Shown here in pieces: positions 38,465 to 46,986 of a stretch of 64,000 nucleotides of DNA; within the stretch, counting starts at the first letter, position 1; every line of letters begins with the position of its first letter. The DNA is from an uncultured Verrucomicrobiae bacterium (GTDB taxonomy: Bacteria; Verrucomicrobiota; Verrucomicrobiia; Limisphaerales; Palsa-1400): NCBI GenBank assembly GCA_963764165.1, contig CAVXRD010000002.1, forward strand, positions 2,432,001-2,496,000, given 5' to 3'. The translations under genes and the position numbers were made by a program. The notes below the pieces were generated by a model that searched no databases, was not told the origin of the DNA, and saw nothing but the letters and a program-made list of their open reading frames with translations.

Positions 38465-40948
38465 TCATCTTGCATCAGCGGGAGCGAGGATCATTACGGC
38501 CCAAGGTTTGAGGCTGACCGAAGCCCGGCCATGCCGCACTTCGACTGCCGGGACTGCACGGGGTATGGGCTCAATTTGAGGACGACCATCTCGAGTGGTG
38601 GGTGCGGTGCGGATGGCTGCCTGTGCCGCATCCAACCAGTCAATGAGGCGTGCGTTTCTGCCGACTTGAGCGCTCGATAGGTCAACCGACTGGCACTTGT
38701 CACTGCGATTCACGAGCACATAGACATGCTCGTCTCCCAAGTCACGGGAATATGCCAGGAGGTTGCGTGCGTCGTCCGCCAACACGGTGTGAAAAAAGCC
38801 GCTGTGCAATGCTGCCAGACGCCGATGCAATGCAATCAGCCGCGCGTAGCAGTCGAACAGATCCTGCTTGAACTGCACTTCCGGATCGTCGTAAGGCTGC
38901 AGGTCCTTCCAGATCATCGGCTGGCGGTCATCGGGGTCTGTTCCACCCCACATGCCCACTTCGTCGCCGTAATAAACCATCGGCGAGCCTGCGCAGGTCA
39001 TCTGCACGGCAATCGACTGCTTCATGCGGGCCCATTCCAGGTCGTTGGGCTTGGAGGTGTTGTAATTGCCCCGGCCTCGGCGGCCTGCATCGCTCTCGGC
39101 GGGGAGCGGCCGGTCGGCATTAACGAAGCTTGATGCCCATCGCTCGGTGTCATGGCTGTCCACCAGATTCATTTGGTCCAGCGCAATCTGGAACGGATAC
39201 AGCATGATCATTTGCTGAAGGCGCTGGGCGAAAACGCTGGCGGAAATTGCCGAGTTGGACCGATTGACAAAGAATTCTCTCAGCGCATTGGCAAATGGAT
39301 ACTGCATGGTTGCGTCCCAGGCATCACCGCCGAGATAGCTGAAGGCTGGCGTCCAGATTTCGCCAGTTATAAAGGCATCGGGCTTGATGGATTTGACCAG
39401 GTTGCGGTAGGTGACCCAGAAAACACGCGGCACGTTCTGCGCGTAATCAAGACGGAAACCATCCACGCCGCGCGAGGGATCGCCATCAGGCGCCAGCCAA
39501 CGTTTGGTGACGTTCAGGACGAAATCTCTCGGGCCGGGAGCCAGGCCCGTCTCCGGGTCCTTCTTGAATTCGGGCATGTTGCCATTGATGGAATCGCCAA
39601 AGCTCATCCACGACAGCGGATCCCAATTCGTGACGGTGTACCAGTCCGCATACTTGGAATTGCGGCCGTTTTGTTTCAAGTCCAGGAACGGGAAGAACTG
39701 CGTGCCGGAGTGATTGAAGACGCCATCGATGACTACCTTGAAACCTTGCCGATGCGCCTCAGCTACGAAGTCCAGGAACAGCTTGTCCGACTTCGTCCAT
39801 GTCCACGTCGCCGGATCTTCGGTTTCGCCCGACGGTTGACTGCTGTCGGCGGCAATGCCGAAATGATCGTCCACATGGCGATAATCGGTAGTGTCATACT
39901 TGTGCGCGCTGGGTGATTTGAAGATCGGGTTCAAGTAGATGCACGTCACGCCGAGGCTCCGGAGATACGGCAATTCCGATTCAATCCCCTGAATGTCGCC
40001 ACCGTAGCGGCGGTTGTTGCCGTTCCCTCGGCCTCCACGTCTGCCGCGAGCCCCATTCGCAGGAGCCGGTGGCGACCATTGAGCCGTCCACGATGTGACG
40101 TTGGCGGGATCATTGGACGTGCTGCCATTGCGGAAACGTTCCGGGAAAACCTGGTACCACACGGCTTGCTGCGCCCAGTCCGGCGTATTGAAGGAGGGCT
40201 GCATCGCGCCTTGCCACGCATGCCTGCGGGCCTGGGCCTGTGAAGTGTAGCATTGGCCGCTCGCGTAATAACATTTCGTCCGGCCAGCCTGCAGTTCGAA
40301 AAAATAACTCAAATTCGTCGTCTGGCTGAGGACAACGCCGGCGAAGTAGCTGATTCCTACGCGTGTCTCGACGGGATACAGATCGTCGCGCCGCCAGTGT
40401 TTCCCGGCCAGCGAATACACCGCTGCGCTGGAGAGGTTTCCCGCCTGGGCTCCAAAAGCAATTCGGACTTCATTCGTCGAAATCGGATCAAAGTAACGGA
40501 TGTTGCCCGGCACATGATGCAGCCCGGCCATGGCGATCTTCCCTGATTGAACCTGGGGCAGGTTGCGTCCGTCCGGCCCCACAATGACGGCCGAGTTATG
40601 GCCCCAGATTCCGTTGGATTCCTCTATATCGGCTTCGCTGTGGCTGGCGCTGTCATTGACCCAAGCACCATCGACGTAAAACCTGTAGGCGCAAGGCCCC
40701 TCGGCGAGCTTTACGTAGCCAACAAAGCGGTCTGCGCCTTCTGCAACCATTGGATTGGCGGTCTGCGACCATTTGTTAAAATCTCCACCCACGGCAACTC
40801 GATGCGGTGAATTGGTCGAGGGCGGATTGTACTCGAAGCGATGCGTGTAAAATCCCGGCTCCGCCGCCGGCACATCCACAGGCGCGGGCGCCGCTGCCGC
40901 CTGCACGGACGGCTGAACCTGCGGACTACCCGCGAGGCTGATCGCCAT
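38465..40948 (-). CDS. GH13 alpha-amylase family (neopullulanase/cyclomaltodextrinase-like) enzyme with N-terminal glycogen-binding module
   Basis: VAVGGDFNKWS...YRFYVDGAW (CBM48-like); WYQVFPERF.NG, GGDIQGI, YLNPIF, HKYDT, DGVFNH, DGFRLD, GEIW, DSHD, YYGDEVG. Start uncertain (40948 or ~41050). Confidence 0.9.
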   Translation of the reverse strand: MAISLAGSPQVQPSVQAAAAPAPVDVPAAEPGFYTHRFEYNPPSTNSPHRVAVGGDFNKWSQTANPMVAEGADRFVGYVKLAEGPCAYRFYVDGAWVNDSASHSEADIEESNGIWGHNSAVIVGPDGRNLPQVQSGKIAMAGLHHVPGNIRYFDPISTNEVRIAFGAQAGNLSSAAVYSLAGKHWRRDDLYPVETRVGISYFAGVVLSQTTNLSYFFELQAGRTKCYYASGQCYTSQAQARRHAWQGAMQPSFNTPDWAQQAVWYQVFPERFRNGSTSNDPANVTSWTAQWSPPAPANGARGRRGGRGNGNNRRYGGDIQGIESELPYLRSLGVTCIYLNPIFKSPSAHKYDTTDYRHVDDHFGIAADSSQPSGETEDPATWTWTKSDKLFLDFVAEAHRQGFKVVIDGVFNHSGTQFFPFLDLKQNGRNSKYADWYTVTNWDPLSWMSFGDSINGNMPEFKKDPETGLAPGPRDFVLNVTKRWLAPDGDPSRGVDGFRLDYAQNVPRVFWVTYRNLVKSIKPDAFITGEIWTPAFSYLGGDAWDATMQYPFANALREFFVNRSNSAISASVFAQRLQQMIMLYPFQIALDQMNLVDSHDTERWASSFVNADRPLPAESDAGRRGRGNYNTSKPNDLEWARMKQSIAVQMTCAGSPMVYYGDEVGMWGGTDPDDRQPMIWKDLQPYDDPEVQFKQDLFDCYARLIALHRRLAALHSGFFHTVLADDARNLLAYSRDLGDEHVYVLVNRSDKCQSVDLSSAQVGRNARLIDWLDAAQAAIRTAPTTRDGRPQIEPIPRAVPAVEVRHGRASVSLKPWAVMILAPADAR

Positions 40949-41000
40949 CCCAACTGCGAGCAGCCTCGCCCCGCCATGCCAGAGGTCATGGTCTCGGGAT

Positions 41001-42971
41001 TTAAGAGTCCAGGTGCAGAAGCTGCTCCCGAACGATGGACGCAATTTCATCATTGTCGGACAGACTGGGAGCAAGGATGCTTCGCAACCGGGTTCCGACC
41101 AATTCGAGGCTATCAATAGGCTCATTGAAAACCGTTTCCAATGCCAAAGGCGACACATGGCCAAACGTCGAGCAGTAGCTATGCGATCCGCAACCGGGGA
41201 ATATTCGCAAAATCGTGGCGATGGCCTCAAGCCAGAGTTCAAAGCTGATTTTATCGCGGGCTTGCGCAGGCGTCTCCCCTGAGCCGGCCAGAAAATGAGG
41301 GCTGATTAAATCCAGCAGGCGCGGCTGTTGCTTTGTTAAGGCCAGGAGCCGTTGCGCTGCGTCTCCCTTGAAAGGTTCGCTCCCCAGCAGGCGCGCCAGG
41401 CTGAGAACTTCGTCCAGGATGACGGGCAGATTGGTGGTGGAATTGGAAAGCAATGCGCGAACGGCGATCACGCCGACCGAGAATAAATCGCACGGTGAAC
41501 TCAGCAAAGGCCAGACTTCATACGGTGAGCGCGGGAAAGCTGTGCCCATGGCCCGCTTGAGGACTGCCAGGGTGCTGTCGCTGATTTTGGTTGGAATCGT
41601 CCGGAAACGCACTTCGCGGCTGCGAGAGCTGGTTGATTCGCTTGTGTAAACATGCGCATACAATTCCAGCCGCTCTTGCGCCAATGGCAGGCGAAACCAA
41701 AGCAAATCGTGGGGATCTAATGCCACATAATCTTCAGCCACAAGGCGTCCATCGAGCACCACCCCGTCGGTTTCGGCGGCCAGGCCACGGATGAATACGC
41801 TGCCCACGCCGGAAGATTGGGCGGCCAGCCCCTCCGGCAGGTAGGGCGAGGGCTCCGCCGAGCCCATGCGAATAAAGTAGCGCTGCTGGGTTGACGTGAT
41901 ATGGAGCGGAAAAGCCTGGCTGGGCTTGAGCAGCTTGCACTTTGCCGCCCACAGTGCCGGAAACAATTCGTTGGCTTCCGGCAGCGAAACGCAGAAGCTG
42001 GCGGGCGAAATGTTAAGCAGCGGCAATTGGTGAACTCGTATGCAATCCTGGACTTCGCGCATCATGTCCACTATGGCCGCCAGCTTCAGATAAAAAATCT
42101 CATTCAAGCGATCAGCGTGATCGCCGCCGCCAAAGCGCAAGAAAGGCAAGCCGCGGGCGCGCGAGGACCACTCTTCAAGACGTATATATGCTTTGACACC
42201 GAGCAGCCGCGTGGCCCAGGAATTGGCGCGGCCCGCATCCCATGGCTTTCCCTCAAGCACCTGGAAATAATCCTCCAATTCCAATGCATGAAACCGGCTT
42301 GCCTGAATCAATCCGGCGCACGGGTTAAAAACCACTGCCTCGGGGGCGCCGTCCTTCATCCGGTCCTTTGGCTGCACGTGTGAATTGGAAGGCGCCTCTT
42401 CCGTAAGGGCCAGGAAATTTGGGTGGCCGGCCCCGCCATCGAATAGATAGCGGTGCGGCGATTTCGTGTAGGCCGGGAGATTGCAGGACTCGAGCACGCC
42501 ATCATCCTTGCAAAGGCGCCAAGCCGAGCTTGTCACGGAGGCGAAACCTGCGCTATTGATGCGCCGGGGCTGGATAAGCAGGGGGCTTGGATTGGACGTT
42601 TCCAAGCCTGTTGTGAAGACAACATCGGGGCAGCGGGAAACACGGTCTTCGAATTCTTTGCGCCATCGCTGGTCGAAAGACGTGTTGGTCAATTGGCCCC
42701 GATAGTTGATCAACTCGGTATTGCGGAAATCAAGGGTTTGCACCCAAATCTCAAGCCAGTCAACGATCCGGCCGGACGCATCGGTGATCGCTCCCAGATA
42801 GACGCTGGCGCCGGGGATCTCGCGCAGGAGAACAAACCAATTTCCCAACGGGTCCGGCTCCGATCGGACCAGGACGCACATGGAGAGCGCGCCGACGCAA
42901 TCCGGTTGGATCGGCGCCAAAGAACAGCCTGACTCAGGCGGCAGGCGCTGCATCGAGTTTCCACTATCCAT
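41001..42971 (-). CDS. Hypothetical protein with degenerate protein-kinase-like motifs, divergent from the T6SS-like cluster
   Basis: Long ORF; LPLLNISPASF resembles a catalytic-loop position, SPYLPE resembles the APE region, CDLFSVGVI resembles subdomain IX. The fold is an inference; start uncertain (43007/42971/42953). Confidence 0.6.
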   Translation of the reverse strand: MDSGNSMQRLPPESGCSLAPIQPDCVGALSMCVLVRSEPDPLGNWFVLLREIPGASVYLGAITDASGRIVDWLEIWVQTLDFRNTELINYRGQLTNTSFDQRWRKEFEDRVSRCPDVVFTTGLETSNPSPLLIQPRRINSAGFASVTSSAWRLCKDDGVLESCNLPAYTKSPHRYLFDGGAGHPNFLALTEEAPSNSHVQPKDRMKDGAPEAVVFNPCAGLIQASRFHALELEDYFQVLEGKPWDAGRANSWATRLLGVKAYIRLEEWSSRARGLPFLRFGGGDHADRLNEIFYLKLAAIVDMMREVQDCIRVHQLPLLNISPASFCVSLPEANELFPALWAAKCKLLKPSQAFPLHITSTQQRYFIRMGSAEPSPYLPEGLAAQSSGVGSVFIRGLAAETDGVVLDGRLVAEDYVALDPHDLLWFRLPLAQERLELYAHVYTSESTSSRSREVRFRTIPTKISDSTLAVLKRAMGTAFPRSPYEVWPLLSSPCDLFSVGVIAVRALLSNSTTNLPVILDEVLSLARLLGSEPFKGDAAQRLLALTKQQPRLLDLISPHFLAGSGETPAQARDKISFELWLEAIATILRIFPGCGSHSYCSTFGHVSPLALETVFNEPIDSLELVGTRLRSILAPSLSDNDEIASIVREQLLHLDS

Positions 42972-43183
42972 CCGGTTGTCAGTAACGGAAAGAGTGGGCG
43001 ATTGCAAAACAAATTAGGGAATCCCCCCGCTTGCATTCAAGACTGGGCTGATTGTCTGTCAAGAAGGAATAATAGCCGCTTCTTCCCCGCGAATCATCTC
43101 GTGGCATGCGCCTGCGCCAGAAGCGTTGGACTCGCTGGGAACCAATGCGCACCCAATGCCCCGGAACAAACAATTGCTTTAGC

Positions 43184-43211
43184 TTGACTCGGGATGCGGG
43201 TTTCATATTAT
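43184..43211 (+). promoter_or_regulatory. Sigma70-type promoter of the tssJ-like gene
   Basis: TTGACT (43184-43189), 16-nt spacer, TATTAT (43206-43211), 26 nt before ATG 43238. Confidence 0.5.
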
Positions 43212-43237
43212 CGGCGGTCGGAAAACCTTTAATTGAC

Positions 43238-43744
43238 ATGAAATCAACAAATTGCAAATTTCCTTGTCTCGTGACGGTCGTGCTGGCAGCTCTCCTTGGT
43301 GCTGGTTGTAAAACGCCCCTTCCCAAGCCTTTAACGCTTCAGATTAAAAAGACGGCGACAGGCTCGGTAGATGTTGATGTGGTTGGAGTCCAGCCGAGCG
43401 ACAAAGACCAATTAGCCAGCATGAAGCCCGATCAGTGGTGGATGCAGCCGCCCAACGACATCATCCGCAAAGGGTACGGTGACATGATGGTCACCACTAA
43501 TTTTAAGGATGGTGACACTTGGGTCATTGATCCAACCAACCCCATTTGGAGCAAGTGGTTGGGCGCGGGAGTTAAGGAGTTGATGGTCATCGCCGATCTG
43601 GATCGCGTGCATTTCAACGACAACTCTGATACGCGCCGGAAATTTGTCACCCTGTCGCCTTCCGCATGGCCGAAGGATCGGCGAGTCGAGATCCAGGTGC
43701 AGGACGGCCGGGTGTGGGTGATGACGCCAGAAGTCGCTAAATAG
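43238..43744 (+). CDS. Lipoprotein, TssJ-like
   Basis: Lipobox LLGAG-C; SVDVDVVGV...QLASMKPDQWW resembles the xVxVDxV...L..M....WF pattern of TssJ-type lipoproteins; 168 aa; heads a cluster containing tssKLM. Confidence 0.6.
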   Translation: MKSTNCKFPCLVTVVLAALLGAGCKTPLPKPLTLQIKKTATGSVDVDVVGVQPSDKDQLASMKPDQWWMQPPNDIIRKGYGDMMVTTNFKDGDTWVIDPTNPIWSKWLGAGVKELMVIADLDRVHFNDNSDTRRKFVTLSPSAWPKDRRVEIQVQDGRVWVMTPEVAK

Positions 43745-43822
43745 CTGGCGTCTTCATGACTGGCGCGCGGATATTGGGGCGGGTCTGCGCGCGGCGGCAC
43801 TCCACCTCCTCCCAAACACACC

Positions 43823-46780
43823 GTGCCAACTTTCGGAGAATATGAAACTATTGGCGAACCGGTTGCCTCGCAGGAAGATGCCGGCCACCAGTCAACCGTC
43901 TGGATAGCGAAGAAAAGCGGCCCTCAGGACGGGCGGTTCTACGCTGTTAAAGTCTTCACTCCACAGCAAGATTCCAAACCCCGCCCCGGCGGCCAATTGG
44001 AAGCGGATCTGGGGCTGGAGTTTCTCGAAGGGGTCAAGCTGGTCAAAAAGGCGCAAGGCGCCCAGCCGCAGTGGCTCACGCCGATCTATGGCTTCGCGCG
44101 CACTCCCGACGGACAGAGCGCCTGGTATGCAACCGACTTCTACGGCGATGCTGCCTCCCGGCTTTCGCGTTCGGCGCAGTCTTATATTTCCCGGGGCGGC
44201 AGGGTGGATGGGCCAGCCCTGCGGCGGATAGTTTACAGCATTGTGTCCGGATGTCTGTCTTTGCAGCGGTCTCGCGGTTATTCTCATGGCAATCTCAAGC
44301 CGGGCAACATTTTTCCTGTGGGCCGGCCACGTCCCTTGCGCAAGACGAATTTTCATCTGGCGGACGCCGCTGCGGTGGCCCCGGCCCAATTGGCTGGCGT
44401 GCGGCCTTCGGATCGCCAGACAGTCGACAAATTGCTCCAGCAAACAATTGAAGCCCGGGACTTGCGAGCCGTGGGAGAGTTGATTCTGCAATTGGTCGAA
44501 GGGCGGTTGGTGGCGAATAGCGACGATATTGATTATCCCATTCCCAACTCTGGAGCCTGGGAGCGTCTCGGCAAGGAACGGGAGGCATGGCGCACCCTGT
44601 GCAATCGGCTGATCGATCCTCAATTGTCGATTGAACAAGTCAACCTCGACCTCCTGGAAAGGCAGTTTCGCCCAAGCATTATCGATAACCAATTGCCGGT
44701 GATTATTGGCACGGTTTTCGTTGCCGCCCTCCTGGCTGGAGGAGGCTACCTGGGATGGAAGTCTTACGTTAAACACAAGGAAGAGATTGCGCGCAATGAT
44801 TCCCAGAAATACACGAATGCGCTGGAGCGGGCGAATACTGCGCTAGCCTCCAATGAACTTGACAGGGCGCTGGTTGCGGCGACCGAGGCCGAAACAATTA
44901 GGCCGGGGGATTCCGCCGCGGGAAATATTATAAGCCAGGTCAAGGAAGCGAAGAAGAAAACTACGGCCGCCGAGGCCGAGAGAGTTTATTCAGCGTCGAT
45001 GACCAAAGGGAATGCGGCTTTGGTAAAGTCCAATTTCCTAGTGGCGATTTCCGAATTCCAGAATGCGTTGAAGATCAAGGAGGGTGATCCTGATGCGGCG
45101 GCGGGCCTCAATGCAGCGCAAAAGGGGAGCGCGTATAACGACGCAGTCGCGGACGCCCGAAAAGCGCTGGAGTCGGGCGATTTCAACAGCGCGCAACAGG
45201 CGGCAGACAAAGCCAGAGGGATCAGGCCGAGCGGCGCCGAGGTCACTGAACTCGACAATCAGATAAAGGCCGATCGGCAAAAGGCTGCGGACTACGCTAT
45301 AGCACAGGGCAAGCTCAAGGAGGCCAATGAGTTAAAGAAGTTAGCTAACGCTCTTGCGCGGGCGAAGAAAGCGCTAGAGGCGAATGAACTTTCCGATGCC
45401 CTTGCCGCGGCGACCGAGGCCGAAACCATTAGGCCGGGGGATTCCGCCGCGGGAAATCTCATAAGCCAGATCAAGGAAGCGCAGAACAAGGAAGCAAAGA
45501 AGAAAACTACGGCCGCCGAGGCCGAGAGAGATTATTCTGCGTCAATGACCAAAGGGAATGCGGCTTTGGTAAAGTCCAATTTCCCAGTGGCGATTTCCGA
45601 ATTCCAGAATCCTGATGCGGCGGCGGGCCTCAATGCAGCGCAACAGGGGAGCGCGTATAACGATGCAGTCGCGGACGCCCGAAAAGCGCTGGAGTCGGGC
45701 GATTTCAACAGCGCGCAACAGTCGGCGGACAAAGCCAGACGGATCAGGCCGAGCGGTGCCGAGGTCACTAAACTCAACAATCAGATAATGGCCGATCGGC
45801 AAAAGGATGCGGACTATGTCGAAGCTATGAGCCGAGGAGAGGCCGCCTTGAAAAAATTCGAATACACGGCGGCGATTTCAAATTTCATCAATGCTGTGGC
45901 CTTGAACTATAAGCAAGATAATGCCAAAGCGCAGACCCAGCTTGAGAAGGCCAAAGATTCAGGGTGCGCTCATTTTGTCGAGCTCGGCCGAAGTGCGTTG
46001 CTCTCGGGTAATTCAGCCAAAGCGCTGGAGTATGCTTTGGAAGCCCAGAAATTTAAGGCGACCAGCCCCGAGGCAAGCAAACTCATTAATGATATCAATA
46101 GTCCACCGATACCGCCCGCGCCAATAACCAATGTAATTGCCGTAAATCCGCCGACTACAAATCCACCGCCCGCCCCAGTTGGCGCTCCTTTTGCGACCAA
46201 TATGATCGGAATTGATTTTCTATGGGAACCAACCATTGCAAAATATGTCGCCGCAACGGAACTTTCTCACCAACAATATACAAAGTTGTGCCAGGAAGCC
46301 GGCAAGAACCCCCAGCAGCAAGATGAGCCGGTGAGGCCCTACCAACCAGAGAAATTCGCCTCCCAGAAATTCGCGAAGCAATTTGCAGCCGACCTTGATG
46401 CTTTCGCTTTTTCCAAGACAAAGTGCCACCTGCGTCTGCCCTCGCTGGCGGACTACTGCACCTTGGCTGAAGTGGATATCAATGGCAATAAGCCGCATAT
46501 TTTGGATTTCGACAAAAAGAAAGATGATAAGGAGTTGGTTGAGTTCGCGACGCCCGATCCCGCAGACGTTAATTCTGGCCCAACGAATGATTATCATGGC
46601 TTGATATACTTGATTGGTAACGTCGCCGAATGGACGAGCGATTACGAAAACCCGTTTGGCAGTAGCTATGCGCACATCGGAAGTTCTGCCAAAATCACCC
46701 TGCTTCGAAAACCAAGTCCCGCCGAAACCGTTGGCGTTCGGTTGATTCTGGAACCCGAGCCGCAACAAGCACGAAATTAG
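43823..46780 (+). CDS. Ser/Thr pseudokinase - TM - TPR-like repeats - FGE-sulfatase-like domain (PpkA-like/TagR-like fusion)
   Basis: YAVKVF, HGNLKPGNI, LADAA, DLRAVGEL; TM VIIGTVFVAALLAGGGYLGW; helical repeats; C-terminal TNMIGIDF..ATELSHQQY..LRLPS..PTNDYHGL..LIGNVAEW..VGVRL. Confidence 0.8.
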   Translation: MPTFGEYETIGEPVASQEDAGHQSTVWIAKKSGPQDGRFYAVKVFTPQQDSKPRPGGQLEADLGLEFLEGVKLVKKAQGAQPQWLTPIYGFARTPDGQSAWYATDFYGDAASRLSRSAQSYISRGGRVDGPALRRIVYSIVSGCLSLQRSRGYSHGNLKPGNIFPVGRPRPLRKTNFHLADAAAVAPAQLAGVRPSDRQTVDKLLQQTIEARDLRAVGELILQLVEGRLVANSDDIDYPIPNSGAWERLGKEREAWRTLCNRLIDPQLSIEQVNLDLLERQFRPSIIDNQLPVIIGTVFVAALLAGGGYLGWKSYVKHKEEIARNDSQKYTNALERANTALASNELDRALVAATEAETIRPGDSAAGNIISQVKEAKKKTTAAEAERVYSASMTKGNAALVKSNFLVAISEFQNALKIKEGDPDAAAGLNAAQKGSAYNDAVADARKALESGDFNSAQQAADKARGIRPSGAEVTELDNQIKADRQKAADYAIAQGKLKEANELKKLANALARAKKALEANELSDALAAATEAETIRPGDSAAGNLISQIKEAQNKEAKKKTTAAEAERDYSASMTKGNAALVKSNFPVAISEFQNPDAAAGLNAAQQGSAYNDAVADARKALESGDFNSAQQSADKARRIRPSGAEVTKLNNQIMADRQKDADYVEAMSRGEAALKKFEYTAAISNFINAVALNYKQDNAKAQTQLEKAKDSGCAHFVELGRSALLSGNSAKALEYALEAQKFKATSPEASKLINDINSPPIPPAPITNVIAVNPPTTNPPPAPVGAPFATNMIGIDFLWEPTIAKYVAATELSHQQYTKLCQEAGKNPQQQDEPVRPYQPEKFASQKFAKQFAADLDAFAFSKTKCHLRLPSLADYCTLAEVDINGNKPHILDFDKKKDDKELVEFATPDPADVNSGPTNDYHGLIYLIGNVAEWTSDYENPFGSSYAHIGSSAKITLLRKPSPAETVGVRLILEPEPQQARN
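44876..45816 (+). repeat. Intragenic duplication of a TPR-like block
   Basis: 44876-45296 is repeated near-identically at 45407-45816, with a 24-nt deletion and a 15-nt insertion in copy 2. Confidence 0.9.
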
Positions 46781-46986
46781 CCGTGAGATCGATGGTCAAT
46801 AAGACAGATGCGCAGTCATTTGTAAAAAAGAGGACAAAACACTTGACGCCTCTCAGGGAATTCTACTACAAAAGCATCGTCTTCAGGATGATGTGCGTTG
46901 AGCAAGCACTGTCGCGGGTGTGACCGTAATATCCTGACGGTCAAGAATTAGCTGTTATGGGGCAACAGAGCAGAATAAGTCTAAAA

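Noticed and set aside
41051..41242. Long N-terminal extension of the GH13 ORF
   Set aside because: Overlaps the 3' end of the upstream same-strand gene and has no recognisable features.
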